From: an uncultured cyanobacterium
GTDB taxonomy: Bacteria > Cyanobacteriota > Cyanobacteriia > Cyanobacteriales > CAWCAG01
DNA: 64,000 bases
Assembly: GCA_963803805.1 (NCBI GenBank)
Contig: CAWDOD010000003.1
Location: 1-64,000 of the forward strand
Direction of reading: 5' to 3'
Shown piece after piece: positions 1-9,987 of the stretch. A program made the position numbers and the translations under genes. How positions within the stretch are numbered: position 1 is the first letter of the stretch; each line of letters starts with the position of its first letter. The notes under the pieces are model-generated. The model was not told the origin of the DNA. It did no database searches and saw nothing but the letters and a program-made list of their open reading frames with translations.

Positions 1-2
1 AT

Positions 3-3000
3 GAATTTGGCTCCATTAGTGGCTCATTTAAGCTACCTAAAAATGGGCTGAATGGTAATTATACATTGGTGGCCGAAGAAGATTATGAGGAAAGCAGAAA
101 ATTCTATGACAAAGAGATAGATGACTTCCAATACAGTAGTGTATCCTTCTCGGTAGAGGAATACAAACGCCCCACCTTTGAAGTTGTTTTTGACCCGATA
201 ACGGCTAGCTACAGCCTGAACGACAGCATTGTGGCCAGCGGTTCTGCGACCGCTTTTAGTGGCGCCACTTTAAGCAATGCAAAGGTTAGCTATGCTGTAA
301 CACGCAAAACGCAATATCAGCCTTGGTACTATGGCGGCTACTCAAGGCCTAACTACAGCACGAAAACTCAAGAAATTGCTTCCGGTAGTACCACCACCAA
401 TGCGAGCGGTAAGTTTGTTATTCATTTCAAAGCCATTCCCGAGGCTGATTCAAGCCCTGCCAATCAGCCTGTTTTTGTATTTGAGGTAAAAGCTCAGGTG
501 ACCGACATCAATGGTGAAAGTAGGAGCAGCACAATTGAAATAAAGCTGGGCTACCATAGGTTGCAAGCATCTATTGAATTGCCCGAAAAGGTAAATCGCA
601 CGGAGAAGGAAATTGAAGTAAAACTCAAAATTACGAATCTGAATGACCAGCCTGTTAATGTTGCAGGGACTTTACGAATTGTTAAAGTGGAGGGTCCAGT
701 CAAGCTTCAGTTGGAAAGAAAATGGGCATTCCCTGATTTGCCCACCATCAGCGAGGCTGACTACGATAAATACTTCCCATATGAAAGCAGGAAGGCACCA
801 ACAGATTTTCAAGAATGGCCAATGGCGGATACCGTACTCACTAAAGATTTCAACACAAACCAAAAATCAGTAATCACTTTAGCACCCAAAAAGAGCTGGC
901 TTTTGGGTAAATATGTGGCAATTCTTTCTACTCAGGATAGTCTCGGGAATGCAGTTGAGGCCAGGAAATATTTTGATCTGTTTGATTCGAAAGCTAAGCA
1001 GCTGGCTATTCCGGAACTATTAATGATTGAAACTGATAAAAGCACTTATCAGATGGATGAAAAAGTAAAAGTGAGGATAGGCAGTAGCTCACCGGATATC
1101 AGCATTGCTTTGGACATTAACAGAAACAATGCAATTGTAGAAACGAGAATCATCCGGCTATCCGATGAAATTAAAACCGTAGAAATACCAGTTAAGAATA
1201 CGGACAAAGATGGTTTTGCCCTATTATACCAGTACGTGAATTTAAATCAGCAGGGACAGGGAACACTTAACTTGCAAATTGCGAAAGCACTGCCAAAACT
1301 TGAGGTGAATACCACCACTTTCCGCGACAAACTATTGCCCGGAGCAGAAGAAACCTGGAGCTTTCAAGTATTGGGCGAAAATAAAAAGGCTGCGGAAGCA
1401 GAAATGCTAGCTTCCATGTATGATGCCTCTTTGGATCAGTTCAAACCACATCAATGGTCGTTTACTCCTTTTACCGGCAATTCTTATAATGCATACAATA
1501 CTAGCAGACCACAGGGTTTCGATTTGCAGAATTTTTCAGTAAGAAACCTGAATAGGAATTATTACCGCTATCCTACCGTACAATACGATGATTTTAACTG
1601 GTTTGGCTTTAGCTTTAGCGGAAACAACTACTTAAATAGGCAATACCTGAGCCGCCTACGCTCAGTCTTTTTTACGCAAGATGATTTGACTATCACCAGC
1701 ACTCAAGATAAATCTAAACCGGCAGGTTTCATATACGGGCAGATTATGACCGAGAATGGAGAGCCGCTGCCGGGTGTAAATGTATTAGTGAAAGGCACAA
1801 AGTTTGGTGCTACTACAGATTTAGACGGATTCTATCGCATAGCTGCAAAAAAAGGTGAGGAATTATTGATCGCCTACATTGGCATGGAAAGCACCGAAAT
1901 AATGATTAAAGACCAGAATACGATTGATGTTGTTTTAAAGATGGACTTGAAACAGCTCTCTGAAGTAGTGGTGATAGGATATGGTGAGAGAAGGACAAGT
2001 AGCTATATGAAACTAGATGCTAATATATCTGAGGATACTCAAATAGAAAATATGGTTTTTCAAGAGCTTGCTGATGAAGAGCTACTAGACGTTCGCTTAC
2101 AAGGAGGAACTTCAGGTGTTGATATAGATTGGAAACCAAGTAATACTGCTGGTGATGGATGGAATTGGACTGACGATAACAAAATTATTATCAGAGGAAA
2201 TGGTTCCATATCTAGCGGCGACCAACCACTCTATATTGTAGACGGCAAAATAGCCACCAACCAAGAGTTAACAGCTGATCAAATTGCCTCCATGGAAATA
2301 CTTAAAGGTGCTGCGGCCACCGATCTATACGGAGCACGAGCGGCAAATGGAGTCATCATTATTACTACCAAAAAAGGGCAGGCTCAAATAGATAAGATGT
2401 TGTCACAAGTGCAAGCCAGAACGGACCTGCGAGAAACAGCTTTCTTCTACCCGCAGCTAAAAACAGATGCTGAAGGCAATGTTAGCTTTAGCTTTGACAC
2501 ACCCGAAGCCCTCACCCGCTGGAAAATGCAATTATTGGCACACAATAAAAGTTTGGCAGTCGGCTATAAAAGTTTGCAAACTGTTACGCAGAAAGAACTC
2601 ATGGTGAGCCCCAATGCACCACGCTTTTTAAGAAAAGGAGATGTATTGCAGCTATCGGCTAAAATTAGCAACCTGAGCACAGAAGCGTTGAATGGCACGG
2701 TAGCGCTGGTATTGACGGATGCCATCAGCGGGCAAGCAGTTGATGCAATTTTTAAGAACACGAACAGCCAACAGAATTTTAATGTAGGAGCCAGCAATAC
2801 CACAGAAGTGAGCTGGCAAATTGAAGTACCGGACGATTGTGAGGCCCTGCAGTATAAAGTGATTGCCACTACCGGCAACTTTAGCGATGGCGAGCAAAAC
2901 ATCATTCCTATTTTGCCAAGCAAAGATTTGGTGACCGAGAGCCTGCCTTTTACCATGAGAAATGCGGGTACCGAAATCTTCACTTTCGATCGACTCAAAA

Positions 3001-4775
3001 ACAATCAGTCGACCTCATTACAGCACCACCAGCTCACTTTTGAATTAACTACAAATCCTATCTGGTATGCCATAAAGGCTATGCCTTATTTAATGGAATA
3101 TCCGTTTGAATGCTCCGAGCAAACCTTCTCCCGCTACTTTGCCAACAGGTTAGGTTCGCATATTATAGCGCAGCATCCTACCATTAAAGCGGTTTTTGAG
3201 AAATGGCAAGCTGCCGGTAATTTCGAAAGCAAGCTGGAGCAGAATGCTGAACTAAAAAACATCCTCATACAGGAAACACCTTGGCTACGTGACGCACAGA
3301 GTGAAGCAGAACAGCAAAAAAGAATAGCGCTTTTATTCGATCTCGAAAAAATGGAGGAGCAATTTGAAGCCTCCCTTAGCAAACTAGCAGAAATGCAGTT
3401 AGATAATGGTGGCTTTCCTTGGTTTAGCGGCAGCGGCAGAGCCAATAGGTACATTACGCAATACATACTGATGGGCCTTGGGCAGCTACAGCAAATTGAT
3501 ACCGAAACATCAAGTATACAACTGCAGAAAATCATAAGCAATGGCACGCAGTACCTTGACCAGCAAATTGCGGAAGACTACCGTGATTTGTTAAAGGCGA
3601 GCAAGGCTGAGGATTCCAATATTGATTTGAGCAAGCAGCAGTTAAGTAATTTGCAAGTCCAATTACTCTACGCACGCAGCTTTTACCGAGAGGAAATACC
3701 TGCATCTGCACAAAAGGCGTATACCTATTACCACGATCAGGCTAAGACTTATTGGAAGCAATTTGATTTGAAACTGAGAGGCATGATTGCCCTAACGCTT
3801 TTCAGAAGCAATGAATCTGCCACAGCTTTCAAAATAATAGCTTCTTTGCGCGAAAAAAGCATTACCTCAGCAGAAATGGGTATGTACTGGAAAGCCAATA
3901 CAAGCGGCTATTACTGGACGCAGTCGCCCATTGAAACACAGGCCATGCTCATTGGCTTATTCAACGGGATAGGCGCTGAAATGCCAGATTTGAGCGCAGA
4001 ACATTTAGCCACAGATATAGAGAATATGAAAGTATGGTTACTGCGCAACAAACAAATCAATAAATGGCCTACCACCAAAGCCACTACACAGGCCATTTAT
4101 GCGCTTCTGCTCGATAATGGTGAGCAGCTAATACAGACTGATGAAGTCGCAGTGAAAATAGGCAGCCAAACCATCGAAACTGGCCAACAGTCGATAGGTG
4201 CCGGCTATCTTAAAGAATCTTGGGTCGGTGAAGTGATAGATGAAACCATGGCCAATATTCAGGTGACTAAGCAGCAGGATGGGCTGGCCTTCGGAGCAGT
4301 GTACTGGCAATATTTTGAGTCATTAGATAAAATCACGGGCAATTCATCGGGTCCTTTATCGCTCACGAAAAAAGTGTTTAAACTTAGCAGAGATGCCACG
4401 GGAGAAATATTGCAAGCTGTAACGGATACCACCAAGCTCCAGCTAGGTGACCACGTGCGGATCAGAATTGTGTTGCAGGCAGATAGGAAGATGGAATTTT
4501 TACACATGAAAGACCAGCGTGCAGCAGGCTTGGAGCCGGTAGCGGTAATTTCCGAATACAAATGGCAAGATGGGCTCGGCTATTACCAATCTACCAAAGA
4601 TGCCAGCACGAATTTCTTCTTTGATGAAGTACAGAAAGGCGTGTATGTATTTGAATATGATTTAGTGGTGAACAATGCCGGCACTTTTTTGAACGGGATA
4701 ACCACCATTGAAAGCATGTATGCGCCAGAATTCAAGAGCCATAGTGAGGGAATAAAATTGGAGCTGGTGAAGTAA
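3..4775 (+). CDS. Alpha-2-macroglobulin family protein with inserted carboxypeptidase-regulatory-like and TonB-plug-like domains (5' end outside window)
   Basis: Frame is open from position 3. EEYKRPTFEV, RETAFFYPQL, PEALTRW, YPFECSEQ and ESMYAPEF are bacterial A2M motifs; GEPLPGVNVLVKGT and LYGARAANGVIIITTK are Bacteroidota SusC-like segments. Confidence 0.88.
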   Translation, partial: EFGSISGSFKLPKNGLNGNYTLVAEEDYEESRKFYDKEIDDFQYSSVSFSVEEYKRPTFEVVFDPITASYSLNDSIVASGSATAFSGATLSNAKVSYAVTRKTQYQPWYYGGYSRPNYSTKTQEIASGSTTTNASGKFVIHFKAIPEADSSPANQPVFVFEVKAQVTDINGESRSSTIEIKLGYHRLQASIELPEKVNRTEKEIEVKLKITNLNDQPVNVAGTLRIVKVEGPVKLQLERKWAFPDLPTISEADYDKYFPYESRKAPTDFQEWPMADTVLTKDFNTNQKSVITLAPKKSWLLGKYVAILSTQDSLGNAVEARKYFDLFDSKAKQLAIPELLMIETDKSTYQMDEKVKVRIGSSSPDISIALDINRNNAIVETRIIRLSDEIKTVEIPVKNTDKDGFALLYQYVNLNQQGQGTLNLQIAKALPKLEVNTTTFRDKLLPGAEETWSFQVLGENKKAAEAEMLASMYDASLDQFKPHQWSFTPFTGNSYNAYNTSRPQGFDLQNFSVRNLNRNYYRYPTVQYDDFNWFGFSFSGNNYLNRQYLSRLRSVFFTQDDLTITSTQDKSKPAGFIYGQIMTENGEPLPGVNVLVKGTKFGATTDLDGFYRIAAKKGEELLIAYIGMESTEIMIKDQNTIDVVLKMDLKQLSEVVVIGYGERRTSSYMKLDANISEDTQIENMVFQELADEELLDVRLQGGTSGVDIDWKPSNTAGDGWNWTDDNKIIIRGNGSISSGDQPLYIVDGKIATNQELTADQIASMEILKGAAATDLYGARAANGVIIITTKKGQAQIDKMLSQVQARTDLRETAFFYPQLKTDAEGNVSFSFDTPEALTRWKMQLLAHNKSLAVGYKSLQTVTQKELMVSPNAPRFLRKGDVLQLSAKISNLSTEALNGTVALVLTDAISGQAVDAIFKNTNSQQNFNVGASNTTEVSWQIEVPDDCEALQYKVIATTGNFSDGEQNIIPILPSKDLVTESLPFTMRNAGTEIFTFDRLKNNQSTSLQHHQLTFELTTNPIWYAIKAMPYLMEYPFECSEQTFSRYFANRLGSHIIAQHPTIKAVFEKWQAAGNFESKLEQNAELKNILIQETPWLRDAQSEAEQQKRIALLFDLEKMEEQFEASLSKLAEMQLDNGGFPWFSGSGRANRYITQYILMGLGQLQQIDTETSSIQLQKIISNGTQYLDQQIAEDYRDLLKASKAEDSNIDLSKQQLSNLQVQLLYARSFYREEIPASAQKAYTYYHDQAKTYWKQFDLKLRGMIALTLFRSNESATAFKIIASLREKSITSAEMGMYWKANTSGYYWTQSPIETQAMLIGLFNGIGAEMPDLSAEHLATDIENMKVWLLRNKQINKWPTTKATTQAIYALLLDNGEQLIQTDEVAVKIGSQTIETGQQSIGAGYLKESWVGEVIDETMANIQVTKQQDGLAFGAVYWQYFESLDKITGNSSGPLSLTKKVFKLSRDATGEILQAVTDTTKLQLGDHVRIRIVLQADRKMEFLHMKDQRAAGLEPVAVISEYKWQDGLGYYQSTKDASTNFFFDEVQKGVYVFEYDLVVNNAGTFLNGITTIESMYAPEFKSHSEGIKLELVK

Positions 4776-4925
4776 GCCAAGCACTTCCGCAAATTATTTC
4801 TTATACTTTTATGATGATAGAGTAATTTTATAAGTAGGTGGGTCGTTAGCTACATATCAATTATCTAATTTCTCGTTGAACTTGACTCACCATGAAAAGC
4901 CCATTACTCATTAGCTCAATATTTT

Positions 4926-5417
4926 TTGTTCTTTTTCCTTTGCGCTACATCAGTAGCACAAGCGCAATGGAAGCTATCTACACAGTTAGGAGGAGCCAAT
5001 TTTCTGGGTGCAACCCTTAATGTAGGTTACGAATATAACTTAGCAAGTAAAATACCAAGTAGCTTAGAAGCACAAGTAGGCTATGGTTTCTTGCTTCCGT
5101 CCCATGGACCAAATACAATCATTAACACACAACTTAAATACAAATTAAAGCAGTATGGCTTGGGCTTGGAGGCGGCCTTCTTCCATAAAAAACCTTTTTA
5201 TAAAGAAGGTTTTGACCAATCCGATTTTCTTGACTTATTGCTCTATCCTAACTTCAGCTATACCCTGCCGGTATTAAAGTCATTTTTTATAAATTTTTCA
5301 GCCGGATGTTATTTAGCTTTTAGCAGGGAAAGCATTGACTATTTTACTGAAGGTAAATTGGTTTTTGAAGGCGATCCTATCCCCGGGGCAGGTCTTACCT
5401 TCGGCTATATATTTTAA
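4926..5417 (+). CDS. Hypothetical secreted/outer-membrane beta-strand protein
   Basis: Signal-peptide-like start and C-terminal GLTFGYIF. An upstream ATG at 4892 is out of frame by one base across a T-run, so the true start is uncertain. Confidence 0.55.
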   Translation: MFFFLCATSVAQAQWKLSTQLGGANFLGATLNVGYEYNLASKIPSSLEAQVGYGFLLPSHGPNTIINTQLKYKLKQYGLGLEAAFFHKKPFYKEGFDQSDFLDLLLYPNFSYTLPVLKSFFINFSAGCYLAFSRESIDYFTEGKLVFEGDPIPGAGLTFGYIF

Positions 5418-5549
5418 AGAAAGGGCTTTCATGTACAATTCTGCAAGCCATTACACATTTGAAATTTTGATTTTATCTTTTCGATTTACCTGAGTGCTTA
5501 ATTTCAGTTACTCTGAGCGTGACATTATTGCAGAACTGCAAACGGCCAC

Positions 5550-6962
5550 CTACTTGGCTTCAGTAGGATAAATAAAAACCGAAGTAGGCACGGCAGTTTC
5601 TTTAATTGCTTTGATGCCGCCAGCCACTTCTACGAAGTTGTGGTATCCTCTGGATTTTAAGATGGACGCACTAATCATGGAGCGGTAGCCACTTTGGCAA
5701 TGGATATGATAGGTTGTGTCTTGCTCGAGCTGAGCCATTTGCTCACTGATAAAATCAAGCGGCAAATTCTGAGCCTGCTCTACATGCTCTGCTTCAAACT
5801 CTGACGGTTTCCGCACATCTACCACCTTCAAATCTTTTTCATGATAGACTTTGGCAAAGTCTGTTGCAGGAATGGAAGTAACATTATCAGTCTGCTTGCC
5901 TGCTGCTTTCCAAGCTTCAAGTCCTCCATCCAAATATCCTAAGGTGTTGTCATACCCCACGCGCGATAAGCGGGTTACTACTTCCTCTTCTCTTCCGGCA
6001 TCCGCCACAAAAATAATCGGTTGCTGCAGGTCAGGAATCAAAGCGCCCACCCAGGGTGCAAAACCGCCATCGATGCCAATAAAAATAGCATTAGGAATAT
6101 GAGCTGCTGCGAAATCTTTTTGGTTGCGTGTATCTAGCACCAGTGCACCTTCATGATTGGCATAAGCCTCAAAAGCCTTTGGCGATAGTGCCACCTTACC
6201 GGTAGCTAAAACCTTTTCTAATCCTGCTGTATGAGCCGATTTATTCATGGCTACATTTGCGGCAAAGTATTGAGGAGGAGGAAGCAAACCATCCGTAAGT
6301 TCCTTTATAAACTCTTCTTTGCTCATGTCCGCCCGCAGCGCATAATTAGTTTTTTTCTGATTGCCGAGCAAATCGGTAGTCTCTTTGCTCATGTTTTTGC
6401 CACAAGCAGAACCTGCACCATGAGCCGGGTAAACTACTACATCATCGGGTAACGTCATTATTTTTGAGCGCAGGCTTTCGTACAACATTCCGGCTAAATC
6501 TTCCTGTGTAACATCACCCTTCTGTGCCAAATCAGGGCGGCCAACATCGCCAATAAAAAGTGTATCACCACTAAAAATAGCTTGTTCTTTCCCTGCTTCA
6601 TCTAACAATAAATAAGTGGTGCTTTCCATGGTGTGTCCCGGTGTATGCAAAGCTTTTATTGTAATTTTACCGATGGAAAAAGTTTCGCCATCTGATGCTA
6701 TATGACTAATAAATTCCGTTTTAGCGGTGGGACCATAAACAATGGTAGCGCCAGTTTTTTTGGCTAAGTCCACATGGCCGGAGACAAAATCGGCATGAAA
6801 ATGCGTTTCAAAAATGTATTTAATGGTGGCATTTCTCTTCTTAGCCCTATCCAAATAAGGCTTGCTCTCGCGTAAAGGGTCAATAATAACGGCTTCTCCC
6901 TCGCTTTCAACATAATAAGCCCCTTGTGCAAGGCAACCGGTGTATATTTGCTCTATATGCAT
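5550..6962 (-). CDS. MBL-fold metallo-hydrolase with tandem rhodanese domains (persulfide dioxygenase-like)
   Basis: THFHADFVSGH, HTPGHT and GDTLFIGDVGRPDL motifs; C-terminal rhodanese HCQSGYRS. Confidence 0.9.
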   Translation of the reverse strand: MHIEQIYTGCLAQGAYYVESEGEAVIIDPLRESKPYLDRAKKRNATIKYIFETHFHADFVSGHVDLAKKTGATIVYGPTAKTEFISHIASDGETFSIGKITIKALHTPGHTMESTTYLLLDEAGKEQAIFSGDTLFIGDVGRPDLAQKGDVTQEDLAGMLYESLRSKIMTLPDDVVVYPAHGAGSACGKNMSKETTDLLGNQKKTNYALRADMSKEEFIKELTDGLLPPPQYFAANVAMNKSAHTAGLEKVLATGKVALSPKAFEAYANHEGALVLDTRNQKDFAAAHIPNAIFIGIDGGFAPWVGALIPDLQQPIIFVADAGREEEVVTRLSRVGYDNTLGYLDGGLEAWKAAGKQTDNVTSIPATDFAKVYHEKDLKVVDVRKPSEFEAEHVEQAQNLPLDFISEQMAQLEQDTTYHIHCQSGYRSMISASILKSRGYHNFVEVAGGIKAIKETAVPTSVFIYPTEAK

Positions 6963-7045
6963 TGTTTTAAATTTATTTTTAACAAAGCTAAAAATCCCTG
7001 AAAAGTTTTGGCAGTAAAATACTAGAATTTACTAGGCAGTCAATT

Positions 7046-7570
7046 TTAAAAACGGATAAACTCGATAGCTTGCTCCGTTAACAATTCATTATACAGCGCA
7101 TCGGTTATTTCTTCTCCATCAAAATTAGCTTCAATATTGGCCAACTTAGGTTTTAGCGCCAGCACATGCATGCCCAAATAATTGAAAATATCCGTCATGT
7201 GGCTCAATGCCAAGCCACCGCCCTGCACCCCTGATGAAATCCCAACCAACGCGCACTTTTTGCCTTTAAAACTATTCGGGTATTCCAGCCCATCTATAAA
7301 TGCCTTTAGCACCCCGGGGAAAGAACCGTTGTATTCCGGTATTATAAATACGAACTTATCGGAAGCCGTAACTTGTTCCCTAAAAGGATTGAATTGCACA
7401 TTTTTACCCGAGTTTTCATACAAAGCCGTAGCAACAAAATCAGCCGGTAACTGTGCCAAATCAATAATAGCAACTTCTTGGCCTTCTGCCTTCAGAAGAT
7501 CGGCATAGAGAGAGGCTACTTGCGAGGAAACTGAATTTTTACGGTTGGTGCCGGCAATAATTGAGATCAT
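7046..7570 (-). CDS. NAD(P)H-dependent FMN reductase
   Basis: GTNRKNS and PEYNGSFPGVLKAFID flavodoxin-like motifs. Confidence 0.88.
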   Translation of the reverse strand: MISIIAGTNRKNSVSSQVASLYADLLKAEGQEVAIIDLAQLPADFVATALYENSGKNVQFNPFREQVTASDKFVFIIPEYNGSFPGVLKAFIDGLEYPNSFKGKKCALVGISSGVQGGGLALSHMTDIFNYLGMHVLALKPKLANIEANFDGEEITDALYNELLTEQAIEFIRF

Positions 7571-7638
7571 GCTTAGATTTTTTCTAAAACAAAAATAGGG
7601 ACTAATAGTCCCTATCTCATCATGTATTATAAATTTTA

Positions 7639-8229
7639 TTACTTGGTAGAAAGCAATAGGTCGATTTTAAAATCATCGTAAATCATTTTGTCTCCTAAAC
7701 CATCGAAAAATGAGCCTGAACCGTATCTGATATCCCATTTGGTTCTGTCTAGGTCAAATTTAGCCGTAGCATTTACTTTGCTACCCACCATACTTACCGC
7801 AGCCGGGAAAGTAATTTTATTGGTTTTACCTTTAATAGTTAAGTCTCCGGCAATAAAATGTGTGGCACCTTCTTGCTTACTCTCGTTTACGGAAGTGATT
7901 TTGAAAGTAGCTGTTGGATGCTTCTCCACACTAAAGAAATCATCGGAACGTAAATGACCCATCAATTTACCTTTAGTGTCTCCACTTAAATCCTGCACAT
8001 CAATGGTAGTCATGTCAATAACAAAATTGCCTCCCGTAATTTGATCGCCATCAACTTCCAGTCCGCCCGATTTAATTTTGACCACGCCATTGTGCTCACC
8101 GGTAACTTTTTCGCCAACCCATTCTATTTTGCTGGCATCCGTATCAATGGCTAGCTCCTTTTTTATTACTGTAAATGCTGAAAGCAATACTGCAATACTT
8201 AATCCGATTGTAAAAATTGATTTTCTCAT
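7639..8229 (-). CDS. YceI family lipid/polyisoprenoid-binding protein
   Basis: Likely start MRKSIF (ATG at 8229) with signal peptide; HLRSDDFF, GDLTIKG and DRTKWDI motifs. Confidence 0.88.
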   Translation of the reverse strand: MRKSIFTIGLSIAVLLSAFTVIKKELAIDTDASKIEWVGEKVTGEHNGVVKIKSGGLEVDGDQITGGNFVIDMTTIDVQDLSGDTKGKLMGHLRSDDFFSVEKHPTATFKITSVNESKQEGATHFIAGDLTIKGKTNKITFPAAVSMVGSKVNATAKFDLDRTKWDIRYGSGSFFDGLGDKMIYDDFKIDLLLSTK

Positions 8230-8370
8230 GTTTTTATATTTAATGTTTAAATTATATGTACCTACATCTAATTTTGATGTAAACTTAATTTTTGTTGTTA
8301 GGTTGCAAAAATTTACTAAAAGTTTTTGCACTCCTGTATAATACACTGAAATTGGTCTAAAGTTTAAAAT

Positions 8371-9192
8371 ATGCATATTAGTTTATCACAGATACAAGAA
8401 GCAGTAGCTTATATACAATCAGAAACAGCCTTTAAACCCGAAGTAGGCATCATACTAGGCACAGGCTTGGGCGCACTCGTGCATGATATTGAGGTAGAGG
8501 CCGCTATCAGTTATGATGACATACCTAACTTCCCTATCTCCACTGTGGAAACGCATTCAGGCAAATTAATATTTGGCACATTAAGCGGTAAAAATGTAGT
8601 GGCCATGCAAGGTCGCTTCCATTATTACGAGGGCTACAGCATGGAGCAGGTAATTATGCCGGTGCGTGTTATGAAACTCTTAGGCATTGAGAAGCTATTT
8701 ATTTCTAATGCGGCAGGCGGGCTGAATGAGTCTTTTCAAACCAGCGATTTGATGGTTGTTGAAGACCACATCGACTTATTCCCAGAAAATCCGCTAAGAG
8801 GGGAGAACATGGATATTTTTGGTGGCCGCTTCCCTGATATGTGGCAAGCTTATGACCACAAATTGATAGCTTTAGCAAAAACGGTGGCCAAAGAACAAGG
8901 AATTGATTTAAAGCAAGGAGTTTACGCAGGAGTTACCGGGCCTAATTTGGAAACCCCTGCGGAGTATCGTTACCTCTCAACCATTGGTGCCGATGCTGTT
9001 GGTATGAGTACCATTCCGGAGACCATTGCCGCACGCCATATGGGTATGCCTGTATTTGCCGTTTCGGTAATTACCGATTTATGCTATCCCGGCAAACTAA
9101 AGCAGGTATCCATCCCTGAAATAATTAGTGCTGCCATGCGCGCTGAGCCTAAAATGACGGCCATATTTAAAGGATTGTTGGTGAAAATGTAG
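8371..9192 (+). CDS. punA: Purine-nucleoside phosphorylase
   Basis: GIILGTGLG, MQGRFHYYEGY, GPNLETPAE and GADAVGMST motifs. Confidence 0.92.
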   Translation: MHISLSQIQEAVAYIQSETAFKPEVGIILGTGLGALVHDIEVEAAISYDDIPNFPISTVETHSGKLIFGTLSGKNVVAMQGRFHYYEGYSMEQVIMPVRVMKLLGIEKLFISNAAGGLNESFQTSDLMVVEDHIDLFPENPLRGENMDIFGGRFPDMWQAYDHKLIALAKTVAKEQGIDLKQGVYAGVTGPNLETPAEYRYLSTIGADAVGMSTIPETIAARHMGMPVFAVSVITDLCYPGKLKQVSIPEIISAAMRAEPKMTAIFKGLLVKM

Positions 9193-9500
9193 ATTTTTAC
9201 GTGATGAGTAAGAAATGGATGGTTTTAAAATATGCCGAATGAGGCCTGAAAGCAAATGGCTTAAGAATGGTGGTAAATCATTGTTAACATTTTTTATACT
9301 GTTAGTTCCTAATTTTTCCTCCCCACTTTCTTACACCTTTTTCTTGAATCTTATATGAATGTCGTTTAGATAAGACCTTAACTCCTTCTGTTGAGGAGAA
9401 GGATTAGAGATGAGGTCATGAATACAAGCTTAACTAAATGACATTGAATCTTATATTTAAAAAATCGATTCGTTAAGCTAATTTCCATCAGTTCAATATG

Positions 9501-9887
9501 TTATTTTAAAAACTCACTACCCATGTAATCTTGCCAACGTACTAAGGTAAATTTTGCGATTCCTTTCGGGTCGGTAAAGGCTAAAAAGCCATATTCGTAG
9601 CAAAATAAGTACACCTGCCCTTGCTTATTTTTCCAGTAGTGTGTAAAAAATAAGGGGTTAAAGCCATCGGTCATGAGCGCTTCTTTCCTAATAGTTGCTT
9701 TCCCCGCCTTGTTGTAGTTTTTAAGAATTCTGCGATTAATTTTTAACTGCTTATCTATATTTCTGTACAAGCTGCTTTCTTTCTGCTTATTGCGCTCATA
9801 GTGGTAGTTTGATTTACAATAGGCTGTGCAAAATTTCTTCCCCAGCCTACCTATTATTTCTTCCCCACAATTAGGACATGGCTTCAT
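9501..9887 (-). CDS. Zn-ribbon hypothetical protein, divergent from the recombinase
   Basis: CPNC...KKFCTAYC zinc ligands, NRRILK and YLFCYEYGF. Confidence 0.7.
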   Translation of the reverse strand: MKPCPNCGEEIIGRLGKKFCTAYCKSNYHYERNKQKESSLYRNIDKQLKINRRILKNYNKAGKATIRKEALMTDGFNPLFFTHYWKNKQGQVYLFCYEYGFLAFTDPKGIAKFTLVRWQDYMGSEFLK

Positions 9888-9987
9888 TAGTGTAGATTTT
9901 GACGTTTATTATACGTTTAAATCTACGTTTAATTTTGTCTATATCACAGATTATTTGGTTGTTTATTTCCTCATAATAAATTAACTA

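Noticed and set aside
2564-4792. Antisense ORFs overlapping the alpha-2-macroglobulin gene and other long genes
   Set aside because: These are shadow ORFs with no motifs, lying on the opposite strand of well-supported genes.
9374-9418. GACCT..CCTTCT..AGAAGG..AGGTC imperfect hairpin after punA
   Set aside because: It is a single degenerate REP/terminator-like element without AAC/GTT cores and is not part of the array.
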